A DNA stretch of 64,000 nucleotides from Squalus acanthias. Taxonomy: Eukaryota. Shown here in pieces: positions 38,928-50,810 of the stretch. Positions within the stretch are counted from its first letter, which is position 1. Each line of letters begins with the position of its first letter. Below the pieces are notes generated by a model, which made no database searches, was not told the origin of the DNA, and was given only the letters and a program-made list of their open reading frames with translations. The position numbers and the translations under genes were made by a program. The stretch spans positions 95,110,001 through 95,174,000 of the forward strand of contig CM059432.1 in the NCBI GenBank assembly GCA_030390025.1, given 5' to 3'.

Positions 38928-39878
38928 CTAGTTTAAACCCTCCCCAACAGCACTAGCAAACCCTCCTGCGAAGATATTGGTCCCGTTCCTGTTGAGGTGC
39001 AACCCGTCTGGCTTGTAGAGGTCCCACCTCCCCCAGAAACGGTTCCAATTCCTCAGGAATCTAAAGCCCTCCCTCCTAAACCACCTCTCCAGCCATGCAT
39101 TCATCTGTTCTATGCTCCTATTTCTGTACTCACTAGCACGTGGCACTGGTAGTAATCTGCAGATTACTACCTTTGAGGTCCTGCTTTTTAACCTCTTTCC
39201 TAGCTCCCTAAACTCTGCCTGCAGGACCTCATCCCTCTTCCTACCTATGTCGTTGGTACCGATATGGACCACGACCTCTGGCTGTTCACCCTCCCCCCTC
39301 AGAATGCCCTGCAGCCATTCAGTGACATCCTTGACCCTGGAACCAGGGAGGCAACATACCATCCTGGAGTCACGTCTACGGCCGCAGAAACATCTATCTG
39401 CTCCCCTAACTATCGAATCCCATACCACTATTGCTCTCCCTCTTCTCTTCCCCCCCGCCTGTGCAGCTGAGCCTTCCATGGGGCTGTGGACTTGGCTCTG
39501 GCTGCACTCCCCAGAGGAACCATCGCCCTCACCAGTACTCAGCACCGAATACTGGTTGGTGAGCAAGATGGGCTCAGGGGACTCCTGCACTACCTGCCTG
39601 GTCCTCCTCTTCTGTCTGACGGTCACCCATTCCCTCTCTGCCTGCAAACTCTTAAGCTGCGGGGTGACCACCTCCCGAAACGTGCTATCCACGTAGGTCT
39701 CAGCCTTGCAGATGCACAGCAGTGACTGCAGCTGCCGCTCAAGCTCCGTAACCCGGTGCTCGAGCTGCTGTAGCTGGTGACACTTCCTGCATATGTGGTC
39801 GTCTAGACCACGGGAGGTGTCCAGGACTTCCCACATGGCAAAGGATGTGCATTCCACGGGTGTGAGCTGCCCTGCCAT
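38928..39878 (-). CDS. CR1 ORF1: zinc finger/leucine zipper plus SGNH esterase domain
   Basis: Open 316-aa frame from MAGQLTPVEC; CxxF...CxxC; coiled coil; WDS (for GDS), HIGTND, DGLH. Confidence 0.85.
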   Translation of the reverse strand: MAGQLTPVECTSFAMWEVLDTSRGLDDHICRKCHQLQQLEHRVTELERQLQSLLCICKAETYVDSTFREVVTPQLKSLQAEREWVTVRQKRRTRQVVQESPEPILLTNQYSVLSTGEGDGSSGECSQSQVHSPMEGSAAQAGGKRRGRAIVVWDSIVRGADRCFCGRRRDSRMVCCLPGSRVKDVTEWLQGILRGEGEQPEVVVHIGTNDIGRKRDEVLQAEFRELGKRLKSRTSKVVICRLLPVPRASEYRNRSIEQMNAWLERWFRREGFRFLRNWNRFWGRWDLYKPDGLHLNRNGTNIFAGGFASAVGEGLN

Positions 39879-40108
39879 ACCTCTAATTAACAGACTATTT
39901 ACTAACCTAGCTGGAATAAACTTAAAAACTTTAAGAAAGCCAAGTAAAAACACTTACCAGATACTCACCAATCAGCTCCCTCTTTTTGAACGTTTAGTTT
40001 TTAATCCTGGCTCTTAATTTAAACCAATGCCCAAGAGAAAGAGAGAAATACTGACCAACCAATCACTTCCCTGCTTTTCTGTGATGTCACTCCTTGTTTT
40101 TGTTGTCA

Positions 40109-40581
40109 GGGCCGCTGCCTCCGCTCTCGGGCCTCGCTCTGCCGCGCTCTTTATATCCTCAGGCTCTGCTCTCGCTCCCTCTCAGGTCCGCTGCCTCCGC
40201 TCTCGGGCCTCGCTCTGCCGCGCTCTTTATATCCTCAGGCTCCGCTCTCGCTCCCTCTCAGGTCCGCTGCCTCCGCTCTCGGGCCTCGCTCTGCCGCGCT
40301 CTTTATATCCTCAGGCTCCGCTCTCGCTCCCTCTCAGGTCCGCTGCCTCCGCTCTCGGGCCTCGCTCTGCCGCGCTCTTTATATCCTCAGGCTCCGCTCT
40401 CGCTCCCTCTCAGGTCCGCTGCCTCCGCTCTCGGGCCTCGCTCTGCCGCGCTCTTTATATCCTCAGGCTTTGCTCTCGCTCCCTCTTAGGTCCGCTGCCT
40501 CCGCTCTCGGGCCTCGCTCTGCCGCGCTCTTTATATCCTTAGGCTCCCCTCTCGCTCCCTCTCATTTCCGCTGCCTCCGCT
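40109..40581 (-). repeat. 76-bp tandem monomers (about 6.2 copies) forming the CR1 5' end
   Basis: Units start at 40109, 40185, 40261, 40337, 40413, 40489 and 40565 (partial); CpG-rich; GATATAAAG on the minus strand in each full unit. Confidence 0.92.
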
Positions 40582-42515
40582 GATTTCATTTGTAAGGCTT
40601 TCTTGTGCCCGCTGCACCCTGACCCCCACTTTACCATACAACATCCCTCAGTAACATAAATGTGGTGGAAAGCATTCTCCAGGAGCATTGGAGAGGAATA
40701 TCAAGGCCTAAATGCCTACCATGCATTGGGACACTGCAGCATGGCACAAATCCAGCAGCAACTTCGAGCTGAAATTGTTGTCACATGGAAATTTTAAAGA
40801 GGTTTGAGACAACAAATCCTCCTAAGACAACCTAGCTGCATAATGCTTGTTCATTTACTGTACTATTCACCTCTTGTCATTTCTGAAACTGCGGAATTTC
40901 CAGGCTTTATTCTTTTCAACCTTGGCGAGGTCCTACACTATGGTCCTTGGCCTTTCACCTTGATATTTCATTAAAAAAAAACATTTTAAGAACAGGAAAA
41001 GGTCATTAGGCTCAGAGGTTTTCCTTTTTGACAGACCAACTCCATTTGCCTCCTTTCTCAGCATAGCACTAAATCCTTTCTCTCTAAAATCCCATCCAAC
41101 TGTCTTTTGAATCCATTTGTAATACTCACTTCAATGGCCTTGTGTGAATGAAAAGCTTTCCCCATTTTCATCCAACACAGGAAAAGAAGCACCTTAAATG
41201 CTGAAATTAGCCCATCCTGATAGAAACAAAGGTGAACACCCACCTATCCCTCCATCTGCGATTCAGTGAAGCTACTTGTTGGCATTTATGGTTGCATTTC
41301 TTGCGGACACTGGATCAATCTACCAGAGAGTAGAAAACAGTATTGGCAGGATACCGACAGAGGTTGAGGGAAAATTTGGACAATGCGGCCTATCATGTTG
41401 CCTCACTGCCAAAACCTAGATTTCCCTCTTCCCCGCCCAGCTGAGACCAACACTGCCCATTCCTTCCCCACCTACCACATGAAAGTGGTGGTGGGAGCAT
41501 GGGGTACAGGGCCCAAATCCCCTGCGTATTTACCCTGAGTCCATCCCACCTACCACTGTTTCCTGGGTCTACCATTTGTTAGGTGGCTGTAGGCCTCAGA
41601 AAGCGACAGTAAGGTCGGGGAACGGAGAGCTAGTGCTTTGTAGAAGCCTTCTCTCCCTCCAATTTGAGTCCAGCACCTACCTGTTTCTGCCACTTTAAGG
41701 TCCCTCGCCATCTATACTGGTGTTGCAGCAGCGTCCCCATCGGGATTCTCCAGTCCACAATTGGATTCAGAACTCTACAGAATGAGCTATCAGAAGCAGA
41801 TTTTTCTCTGTCTCAAGATTCCTCACTAGATAGTGAAAGGGAAGCTGCTCTTGTATGTAGTACCACTAGAAGACACTCCTGGGCAAATGACTTGTTAGTT
41901 TATCAAGGGCACCGAGGGCTCAAAAACTCAATGCAAAGTGGTGAAATTTGACAATGATACCAATCCAGGAGGGGCAGTAGAATCAGTGGAAGCAGCGTAG
42001 AAATTATAGAATGGGTTGGATAAAATCTGTAAATGGAAAAACAGTGGCAGATGAAATTTAATGCAGAAAACTGTAAAGTGCTACACATAGGAAGGAAAAA
42101 TAGACAGCATGTGTACTTCATCACGGTGTTAAAATAGTTAAGGATGATGCTGAAAAAGACCTTGGAGTCTTAGTGGATTTAATGCCAAACATGTCCAACT
42201 AATGCAGAGCAGCAATTAACAAAGCCAATAAGAAGTTGAGCTACATAATAAAACAATAGAATATATGAATAGAATATATGAATAGAATACAGTTCTGATC
42301 ACTGGAAGCAGTGCAGAGAAAAGCTACTAGCATAATGCGCAGTGTCAGGAGTCTGAGTTAAGAGGAAAGACTGGAGAAACTTGGGTTTTTCAACATAGAA
42401 TGGAGACATCTGAGAGGTGATCTTATAGAGGGTATGTAACATTATTAAGGGTATAAAGTTAACCTGGAATATTACTTTAAATTAAACAGCAGAAGTAGAA
42501 TTAGAAGTAGAATTT

Positions 42516-43154
42516 CATTGCAAGAGGATTTGAGTACAGGAGCAAGGATGTCTTACTACAGTTATACAGGGCCTTGGTGAGACCACACCAGGAGTACTGT
42601 GTGCAGTTTTGGTCTCCTTACCTAAGAAAGGATATACTTGCCATAGAGGGAGTGCAGCGAAGGTTCACCAGACTGATTCCTGGGATGGCAGGACTGTCAC
42701 ATGAGGACAGATTGGGTCGACTAGGCCTGTATTCACTAGAGTTTAGAAGAATGAGAGAGGATCTCATTGAAACGTATAAAATTCTGACAGGGCTAGACAG
42801 ACTGGATGCAGGGAGGATGTTTCCCCTGGCTGGGGGATCTAGAATGAGGGGTCACAGTCTCAGGATACGGGGTAGGACATTTAGGACTGAGATGAGGAGA
42901 AATTTCTTCACTCAGAGGGTGGTGAACCTGTGGAATTCTCTACCACAGAAGGCTGTGGAGGCCAAGTCACTGAATATATTTAAGAAGGAGATAGATAGAT
43001 TTCTAGACACAAAAGGCATCAAGGGGTATGGGGAGAGAGCGGGAATATGGTATTGAGATAGAGGATCAGCCATGATCATATTGAAGGGTGGAGCAGGCTT
43101 AAAGGGCCGAATGGCCTACTCCTGCTCCTATTTTTCTATGTTTCTATGTTTCTA
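42516..43154 (+). mobile_element. CR1 LINE 3' fragment
   Basis: ORF 42574-43056; (TTTCTATG)n tail. Confidence 0.9.
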
Positions 43155-43219
43155 GAGGACACAGGTTTAAACTATTAAAAGGCAGTTTTAGGCTATCAGG
43201 AAATTCTTCTTCACACAAT

Positions 43220-43371
43220 GTTGTAGATCTTGACTTTTTGTGATAGTGTAAAACGGGTGATAGCGAGTCGGCATTGACCTCAATGGACATAAAAATCATG
43301 AGAGATGTAAAATGGGCTGCCGATTTATTATGATGCGTTTTACACTATCACACACAGTCAGGATCTACCCC
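43220..43371. mobile_element. Short hairpin MITE (family C, Harbinger-type)
   Basis: Long TIRs GTAGATCTTGAC...GATAGTGTAAAACG / CGTTTTACACTATC...GTCAGGATCTACCCC; TSD AAT/AAT. Confidence 0.78.
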
Positions 43372-43570
43372 AATGAGTGATCAATGTGTGGAATAAACTT
43401 CCAGATAGAGTAGTGGAGACAAAATTCCTGGAGTCATTTAAGAAACAATTGAATGCTACAATGGGTGGGGTGGGGAGTTAGGCTCTCTCTGGATGGATGA
43501 ACTAAGATAAAATGAATGACCTTCCTCATCTGTAATTATGCACTTGTAACAACAGATTTTTTGACACAAG

Positions 43571-43782
43571 GGGCTGGATTTTTCTCATCTGTGGATTTAC
43601 TGCCAGAAGTGCACTAGAACTGTCCTTAAACCTGCCAGTATTGTACTGCTGTGAATCGGCCCAATTTCCCTCAGTGCGCATTCATTATACATTCATGGTG
43701 AGTTTTAGGTGCTGCCTCGGGGGATGGGGCAGTGGGGGATGGGGCAGTGGGGGATGGCGGGTGGGGGAGGAAAATCCATTGC
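43571..43782. mobile_element. Short degenerate Harbinger-type MITE
   Basis: GGGCTGGATTTT start and AAAATCCA end; internal 15-bp G-rich duplication. Confidence 0.5.
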
Positions 43783-43846
43783 TACTGTAGCAGCTGAAAC
43801 AGTCAAAGCAGCCCTTTTGTGTCTGTAAAAATGTGGCTTGTTGCAG

Positions 43847-43978
43847 TGCCTGAGGCTGGTAGTTCTTCAGGGCATCAAGCCCACAAATTTAAAGACTCTT
43901 CAGATGGAGTGTTACAATCTGTAAAACAGCAAAGTAGGAAAAATTCCAGGCCTGACTGTAAATGCCATCACTTTGTTG
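43847..43978 (+). other. Candidate coding exon (132 nt, phase 1-1)
   Basis: TTGTTGCAG acceptor; TTG|GTAAGA donor; open frame VPEAGSSSGHQAHKFKDSSDGVLQSVKQQSRKNSRPDCKCHHFVG; product not recognised. Confidence 0.3.
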
Positions 43979-44586
43979 GTAAGATAGTAATATCATTTTT
44001 TTTGTACCATATATTAGAGATAAATAAATGAGTTATTTATTTTAACATGTTGTTGATATAATTTGTAGTAGGAATGTTGGGCAACTGATTGGCATCTTTA
44101 TTCTACTTGTGGAGATCACACGTGTCTTTGTCATCCATACGTTACACAGTATTCTCACTGAGGAGGTAAACATACTGACACAATTATTCATTGAGTGCCC
44201 TTTAACATAAACCTTTTTCAACCGCAATTTGAATACTGGAGGACATTAATTTTAATATTAATTTACCCAACAAGAGCTGTTCTTAAAAACATCTAAACAA
44301 TTACCCAATATATCTTTTAAAGTTTTTAAAAAACTATAAATATCTTGCTGAATTAAATAAAACTTTAGGTTCAGAGTTGTATAAAAATAGTATCTTATCT
44401 ATTCTAAACAAAGGGTTATTTATGAAATTGTTCAAACTACAAAGGTTACTTTCTACCTGCCTTTACAGCTTAATTATCCACCACCTTCAAACATTGCAAG
44501 TTAATAGCCCTCTGACAATACCATGCATAAGCTTCACAGTTTTATGATTTGATCTGTTTGAACACAATTTCTCAGAAACACATTTG

Positions 44587-47500
44587 GAACATAGGAACAT
44601 AGTAACAGGAGTAGGCCATTTAGCCCCTCGAGCCTGTTCCGCCATTCAATGAGAACATGTTGATCGGTGACCTAACGGTAGCATAGTGGTTATGTTACTG
44701 GACTAATAATCCAGAGGCCTGGACTAATAATCCAGAGACATGAGTTCAAATCCCACAACAGGCAGCTGGGAAATTTAAATTCAGTTAATTAAATAAATCT
44801 GGAATAAAAAGCTAGTATCATTAATGGTAACCGTGAAACTATCGGATTGTCGTAAAAACCCATCTGGTTCACTAATGCCCTTTGAGGGAAGGAAATCTGT
44901 GATCCTTACCTGGTCTGGCCTATATGTGACTCCAGACCCACAACAATGTGGTTGACTCTTAACTGCCCTCTGAAATGGCCTAGCAAGCCACTCAGGTGTA
45001 AAAATACTGCTACGAATAAGAATAAAACCGGACGGACCACCCAGCATCGACCTCGGCACCGGCACACCCAGCCCAGTCGACTCAGCAAAGTCCTCCTCAC
45101 CAACATCTAGGGACTTGTGCCAAAATTGGGAGAGCTGTCCCACAGACTAGTCAAGCAACAGCCTGACATAACCATATTCACAGAATCATACCTTTCAGCC
45201 AATGTCCCAGACTCTTCCATCACCATCCCTGGGTATGTCCTGTCCCATATTAAACAGCTAACGGGAGGAGGAGGCTCCATGAATATCCCCATCCTCAATG
45301 ATAGTGGAGCCCAGCACGTGAATGCAAAAGACAAAGCTGAAGCGTTTGCAACCATCTTCAGCCAGACGTGCCGAGTGGATGATCCATATCGGCCTCCTCC
45401 TGAAGTCCCCGCCAGTCTTCAGTCAATTCACTTCACTCCACGTGATATCAAGAAACGGCTGAGTGCACTGGATACAGCAAAGGCTGTGGGCCCCGACAAC
45501 ATCCTGGCTGTCGTGCTTCAGAACTAGCCGCGTCTCTAGCCAAGCTGTTCCAGTACAGCTACAACACTGGCATCTATCCGAAAATGTTGAAAATTGCCCA
45601 GGTATGTCCTGGCTACAAAAACAAGGACAAAGCCAATTACTGCCCATCAGTCTACTCTCAATCATCAGGAAGGTGTCGTCAACATTGCTATCAAGCTGCA
45701 CTTACTCACTGATGCCCAGTTTGGGTTCCACCAGGACCACTCGTCTCCAGACCTCATTACAGCCTTGGTCCAAACATGGACAACAGAGGTGAGGTGAGAG
45801 TGGCTGCCCTTGACATCAAGGCAGCATTTGACCGAGTGTGGCATCAAGGAGCCCTGGTAAAACTGAAGTCAATGGGAATCGGGGGAAAACTCTCCACTGG
45901 CTAGAGTCATACCTAGCACAAAGGAAGATGGTTGTGGTGGTTGGAGGTCAATCCTCAGGGCAGTGTCCTAGGCCCAACCATCTTCTTCAATGACCTTCCC
46001 TCCATCATAAGGTCAGAAGTGGGGATGATCGCTGATGACTGCACATTGTTCAGTGCCATTTGCAACTCCTCAGATAATGAAGCAATCCATGCCCACATGC
46101 AACAAGATCTGGACGACATTCAGGCTTGGGCTGATAAGTGGCAGGTCACACAAGTGACAGGCAATGACTATCTGCAAAAAGCGAGCGTTTAACCACCGCC
46201 CCTTAACATTCAATGGCATTACCATTGCTGAATCAATATCCTAGGGGCCACCATTGACCAGAAACTTAACTGGACCAGCCACATAAATACTGTGGCAACA
46301 AGAGCAGGTCAGAGGCTAGGTATTCTGCAGCGAGTGTCTCACAACCTGACTCCCCAAAGCCTTTCCACCATCTACAAGGCACAAGTCAGGAGTGTGATGG
46401 AATACTCTCCACTTGCCTGGATGAGTGCAACTCCAACAACACTCAAGAAGCTTGACACCATCCAGGACAAAGCAGCCCGCTTGATTGGCACCACATTCAC
46501 TCACTCCACTACCGCTGTACCGTGGCTGCAGTGTGTACCATCTACAAGGTGCATTGTAGCAACTCATCAAGACTTCTTCGGCAGCACCCCCAAAACCTGC
46601 AACCTCTACCACCTAGAAGGACAATGGCAGAAGGTGCATGGGAACACCACCCCCTCCAAGTCACACACCATCCTGACTTGGAAGTATATCGCCATTCCTT
46701 CATCGTCGCTGGGTCAAAATCCTGGAACTCCCTCCCTAACAGCACTGTGGGAGTACCTTCACCACTCGGACTGCAGCGGTTCAAGAAGGCGGCTCACCAC
46801 CACCTTCTCAAGGGCAACTAGGTTTGGGCAATAAATGCTGGCTTTGCCAGCGACACCCACATCCCATGAATGAATAAAATAATACTCCATATACCCACCT
46901 TTGCCCCATATCCCTTAATACATTTGGTTAACAAAAATCTATCAATCTCAGATTTAAAATTAACAATTGTTCTAGCATCAATTGCCGTTTGTGGAAGAGT
47001 GTTCCAAACTTCTACCACCCTTTGTGTGTAGAAGTGTTTCCTAATTTCACTCCTGAAAAGTCTGGCTCTAATTTTTAGACCCTGTTCTAGACTCCCCAAC
47101 CAGCTGAAATAGTTTCTCTGTATCGACCCTATCTGTTCCCTTTAATATCTTGAAAACTTAAATCAAATCACCCCTTAACCGTCTAAATTCTAGGGAATAC
47201 AACGCTAATTTGTGTAATCTCTCCTCGTAATTTAACCCTTAGCATCCAGGTATCATTCTTGTTAACCTGTGCTACACTCTCTCCAAGGTCAATATATCCT
47301 TCCTAAGGTGTGGTGCCCAGAACTGCTCACAATACTCCAGGTGTGGTCTAACCAGGGCTTTGTATAGCTGCAGCATAACTTCTACCCCCTTGTATTCTAG
47401 TCCTCTAGATATAAAGGCCAGCATTCCATTACCCTTTTTGATTATTTTCTGTACCTGTTCATGACAGTTTAATGATCTATGTACCTGGATCCCAAGTCTC

Positions 47501-47695
47501 TTTGGACCTCCACTGTTTTTAGCTTTTCACCATTTAGAATGTACCTTGCTCTATCCTTTTTGGTCCAAATTGGATGACCTCACATTGGCCTACATTGAAA
47601 TCCATTTGCCACAGTTTTGCCCATTCACTTAATCTATCCATATCCCTTTGTAATGTTATGCTTTCATCTACAATGCCTACAATGCCACCTATCTG
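44587..47695 (-). mobile_element. CR1 3' fragment split by the 44677-46883 insertion
   Basis: Tail and 3' UTR at 44587-44676 continue at 46884 (GACCTAAC|TCCATATACCC); FYTQRVVEVWNTLP. Confidence 0.8.
44677..46883 (+). mobile_element. tRNA-headed, internally deleted CR1-group LINE
   Basis: A-box TAGCATAGTGG, B-box GAGTTCAAATC; EN start LVPKLGELSHRL...FTESYL; QGSVLGP, IADD; same family as 21680-24450. Confidence 0.8.
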
Positions 47696-48044
47696 GTTGG
47701 TAGGAAGTTAATTTTATATTTCGCAAGATTTAATTCCAGAAAATACCAAAACTATTTGTGCAAGATCCTTGGCTAACAGAACTTGTTAAATTTGAGTTTT
47801 CACTCTTGTCAGTTAATTGTCTGCCTTCACGCCACTGGTGTGAATTGTTGATATTCTGCAACCATTTCACCTACAACAACATTTGTACATCAATGGGAAT
47901 AGCCACATATAACTCACGTGAGACCTGACTGTACACCTGTTAATATAGGCCTGCTATTCTGGAGCACCCAGAGGAGCTGATTTATTTCATGTAATTTAAA
48001 AAAAAATCTTTAATTACATCAAACATGTTAGTTTAAAATTCAGC

Positions 48045-48600
48045 TGAATTTATTTCTAGAGGGATAGAATTGAAAAGTAGTGAATTTATGCTAAACTTGT
48101 ATCGAACCTTAGTTAGACCACACTTGGAGTACTGTATACAGTTCTGGTCATCCTATTATAAAAAAGATATAGAGGCACTGGAGATGGTGCAAAAAATGTT
48201 TACAAGGATGATACCAGAACTGCGAGATTATACCTATCAGGAAAGAATGAACAGGCCAGGTGCCTTTTCTCTTGAAAGAGAAGGCTGAGGGGTGATCTAA
48301 TAGAGGTCTTTAAAATCATGAAAGGTTTTGATAAAGTAGACAGAGTCTTTCCACTTGTGGGGAAGAGCAAAACTAAAGGCCATCAATATAAGATAGTCAC
48401 CAAGAAATCAAATAGGGAATTCAGAAGAAACTTCTTTACCCAGAGAGTGATGAGAATATAGAACTCGCTACCACAGGGAGTGATTGAGGCGAATAGCATT
48501 TAAGAGGAGGCTAGATAAGCATATGAGGGAGAAGGGAATAGAGGGTTATGCTGGTTGGGCTGAATGGCCTGTTTCTGCGCTGTATATTCTATGTAATTCT
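48045..48600 (+). mobile_element. CR1 LINE 3' fragment
   Basis: LYRTLVRPHLEYC (ORF 48070-48288); ATTCTATG tail. Confidence 0.85.
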
Positions 48601-48949
48601 ACTTTGATTACAATATATATTTAACATATTACCCCTGTAGTACTGGGGCTGGTGACTGAAGATTAATCTGAGTATCATTCAATGTACATTGGGCTACATG
48701 CTGTAATTGGTAGGAGACAGATGCCTGAATAAAGCAAGAGGTGACACCTTACTCTGGTACAAAACCTGCTGGAGAAATTGCACTCTAAACATTAGTGGAC
48801 ACAATTCTTACAATGTTGCATGCAATTCTAAACAATGTCCATCGGATATACATGACTATAACCATTAGCCATCCAATGTAACTACAAAATCATTATCTAT
48901 CTAAAAAAAGATCAATTGTCTCTTCTTGGTCCAATGCTTGCTGATGTTG

Positions 48950-49210
48950 TTAACTGGTCCCTTTCCTCAGTTGCTGTTCCCCAGGGCCTTTAAAACTGCT
49001 GTCATCACTCCCTTCGTTAAATAGCCTATTCTCAACCCCTCTATGCTCACCAGCTTCCTCCCCATACCAACCTCCCATTTTTCTCTCAGGGCCTTGAACT
49101 TGCCATTGCAACACTGCACCCCATCCATTCCACCATTTCCTGTCTGAATCCATTCAGTTTAGCTTCTGCCCTACCCACAGCACCAGAAATGCTCTTGTCA
49201 AAGTCACTTA
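48950..49210 (+). mobile_element. Degenerate L2 fragment
   Basis: FKTAVITP-like and ALVKVT remnants. Confidence 0.5.
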
Positions 49211-50048
49211 AGTGTAGTAATTTGCAGTAAACACCTAAACCATAACTACCTGACATACATTTTTGAAAGAAGCATAGATCCTGACGTTGGCAAAAAAATT
49301 TTTATTTTTGTTATTGATTCAAGTCTCTGCATTATTTAAAGACTGCTGCAACACAGCAAATACAATCAATGATATTAGCTTCAAAAGTATAAAGAAGTTG
49401 TTTCCTTTACCACATACAATAGTTTTTTCCATGTTCTGCATCAAGTGATAACAGAGTTGTGGAAATGGTTTTCATATTACAGTGATCATAAAATACATTA
49501 TGGCTTATTACTCTCACTATATCCATTTGACAATATTTTGGCTGCCATTCATTTGGCATTTCTTTTCAAAGTTGAGCAAATTCACAAAACCTCTGTAAAT
49601 TTGGTAAACACATGTTGCTGGAAATCCCATAACTACACATATGTGACTAGAAGTTGCTGTTACTGCGTTAACGGATGAAAGCTTAACACCTTCTTATGAC
49701 ATTCCTCTGACCACTATTTTAACACAATTAACCTACTTATTTTAAATGGGTTAAAACATATGCTAAAATAACAGACAGAGGAATGTCACGTTAAATATTC
49801 ATTTGCTGATATTACAACAGTAATTTCTAGGCGATGTGTGTTCAGAGTTCAGATGCTGTTCATCTAGAAAATAATGTGCAGTGTATCTAAAGAAAGTAAT
49901 CTGAGAAAAACATGTTTTGAATGGGTTGTGGATTACATATTTGCTTTAAAAATGTTCTACATGTGTCCCCCTTGGCAGAAGCCTGGCTATCTTTAATTAT
50001 GAGAAGTCGCACAACACCAGGTTATAGTCCAACAGATTTATTTAAAAT

Positions 50049-50086
50049 TACAAGCTTTCGGAGCTATCCTGCCCCTTCTTCAGGTA
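50049..50086 (-). ncRNA. Minimal hammerhead ribozyme motif (inverted arm copy)
   Basis: Exact reverse complement of 50773-50810. Confidence 0.72.
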
Positions 50087-50413
50087 GAGTTACTGTGAGA
50101 CAATCTACCAGAATTCACAGAATATAAACACAGAGAAAATGCAGAGATTCAATCTTTCCCTACATCAAAGACACACTAAGAGCACAGCCAAGACAATGAG
50201 ATGTGTCCCAGGGGGTCCAACGTGTCAAAACACCTGCTGGCTGCATATCCTCTCCATTTGGGTTTGTTTCTTGTGTTTGTTTCTTGTGTTTGTTTTTTTA
50301 AAAAGCTGGAAAGACCGGCAACGATGTCAAGTCATGTTCTGTAGCGTGACATGAACCCGATATCCCGATTGAGGCCGTCCTCATGAGTGCGGAACTTGGC
50401 TATCAGTTTCTGC

Positions 50414-50527
50414 CTTCGGGATACACGACAACGCAAAATCATCGAGCAGAAACTGATAGCCAAGTTCCGCACTCATGAGGACGGCCTCAATCGGGATATC
50501 GGGTTCATGTCACGCTACAGAACGTGA
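50414..50527 (+). pseudogene. Penelope GIY-YIG endonuclease C-terminus
   Basis: Manual translation LRDTRQRKIIEQKLIAKFRTHEDGLNRDIGFMSRYRT*, matching the E...I...T...GLN.D motif. Too short for the ORF track. Confidence 0.82.
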
Positions 50528-50772
50528 CTTGACATCGTTGCCGGTCTTTCCAGCTTTTTAAAAAAACAAACACAAGAAACAAACACAAGAAACAAACCCA
50601 AATGGAGAGGATATGCAGCCAGCAGGTGTTTTGACATGTTGGACCCCCTGGGACACATCTCATTGTCTTGGCTGTGCTCTTAGTGTGTCTTTGATGTAGG
50701 GAAAGATTGAATCTCTGCATTTTCTCTGTGTTTATATTCTGTGAATTCTGGAAGATTGTCTCACAGTAACTC

Positions 50773-50810
50773 TACCTGAAGAAGGGGCAGGATAGCTCCG
50801 AAAGCTTGTA
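50773..50810 (+). ncRNA. Minimal hammerhead ribozyme motif
   Basis: UAC-CUGAAGA-A-GGGGC(AGGAUA)GCUCC-GAAA-GC-UU-GUA. Confidence 0.75.

Larger units (their letters stand above)
35883..40581 (-). mobile_element. Full-length CR1 LINE
   Basis: 5' monomer array, ORF1, ORF2 (EN + RT) and a (ATAGATTC)n-type tail. Confidence 0.93.
42030..43535 (+). mobile_element. Old CR1 3' region with two nested insertions
   Basis: WQMKFNAENCKVLHIG-like and RGDLIE-like remnants; resumes at about 43155 after the younger CR1. Confidence 0.65.

Noticed and set aside
36498..39696. Plus-strand ORFs antisense to CR1 ORF1 and ORF2
   Set aside because: Shadow frames of LINE coding sequence, seen opposite nearly every CR1 copy in the window.
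40027..40542. 171-aa and 131-aa repetitive ORFs; possible CRISPR-like array
   Set aside because: Read-through of a stop-poor 76-bp tandem repeat. Units are contiguous with no unique spacers, and the context is eukaryotic.
44677..44760. Functional tRNA gene
   Set aside because: A and B boxes are present, but a 22-bp-period internal duplication breaks the cloverleaf and the sequence is the head of a retroelement.
50139..50720. Duplicated 71-aa ORFs on opposite strands
   Set aside because: Antisense frames of the two PLE palindrome arms; the real coding remnant is 50414-50527.
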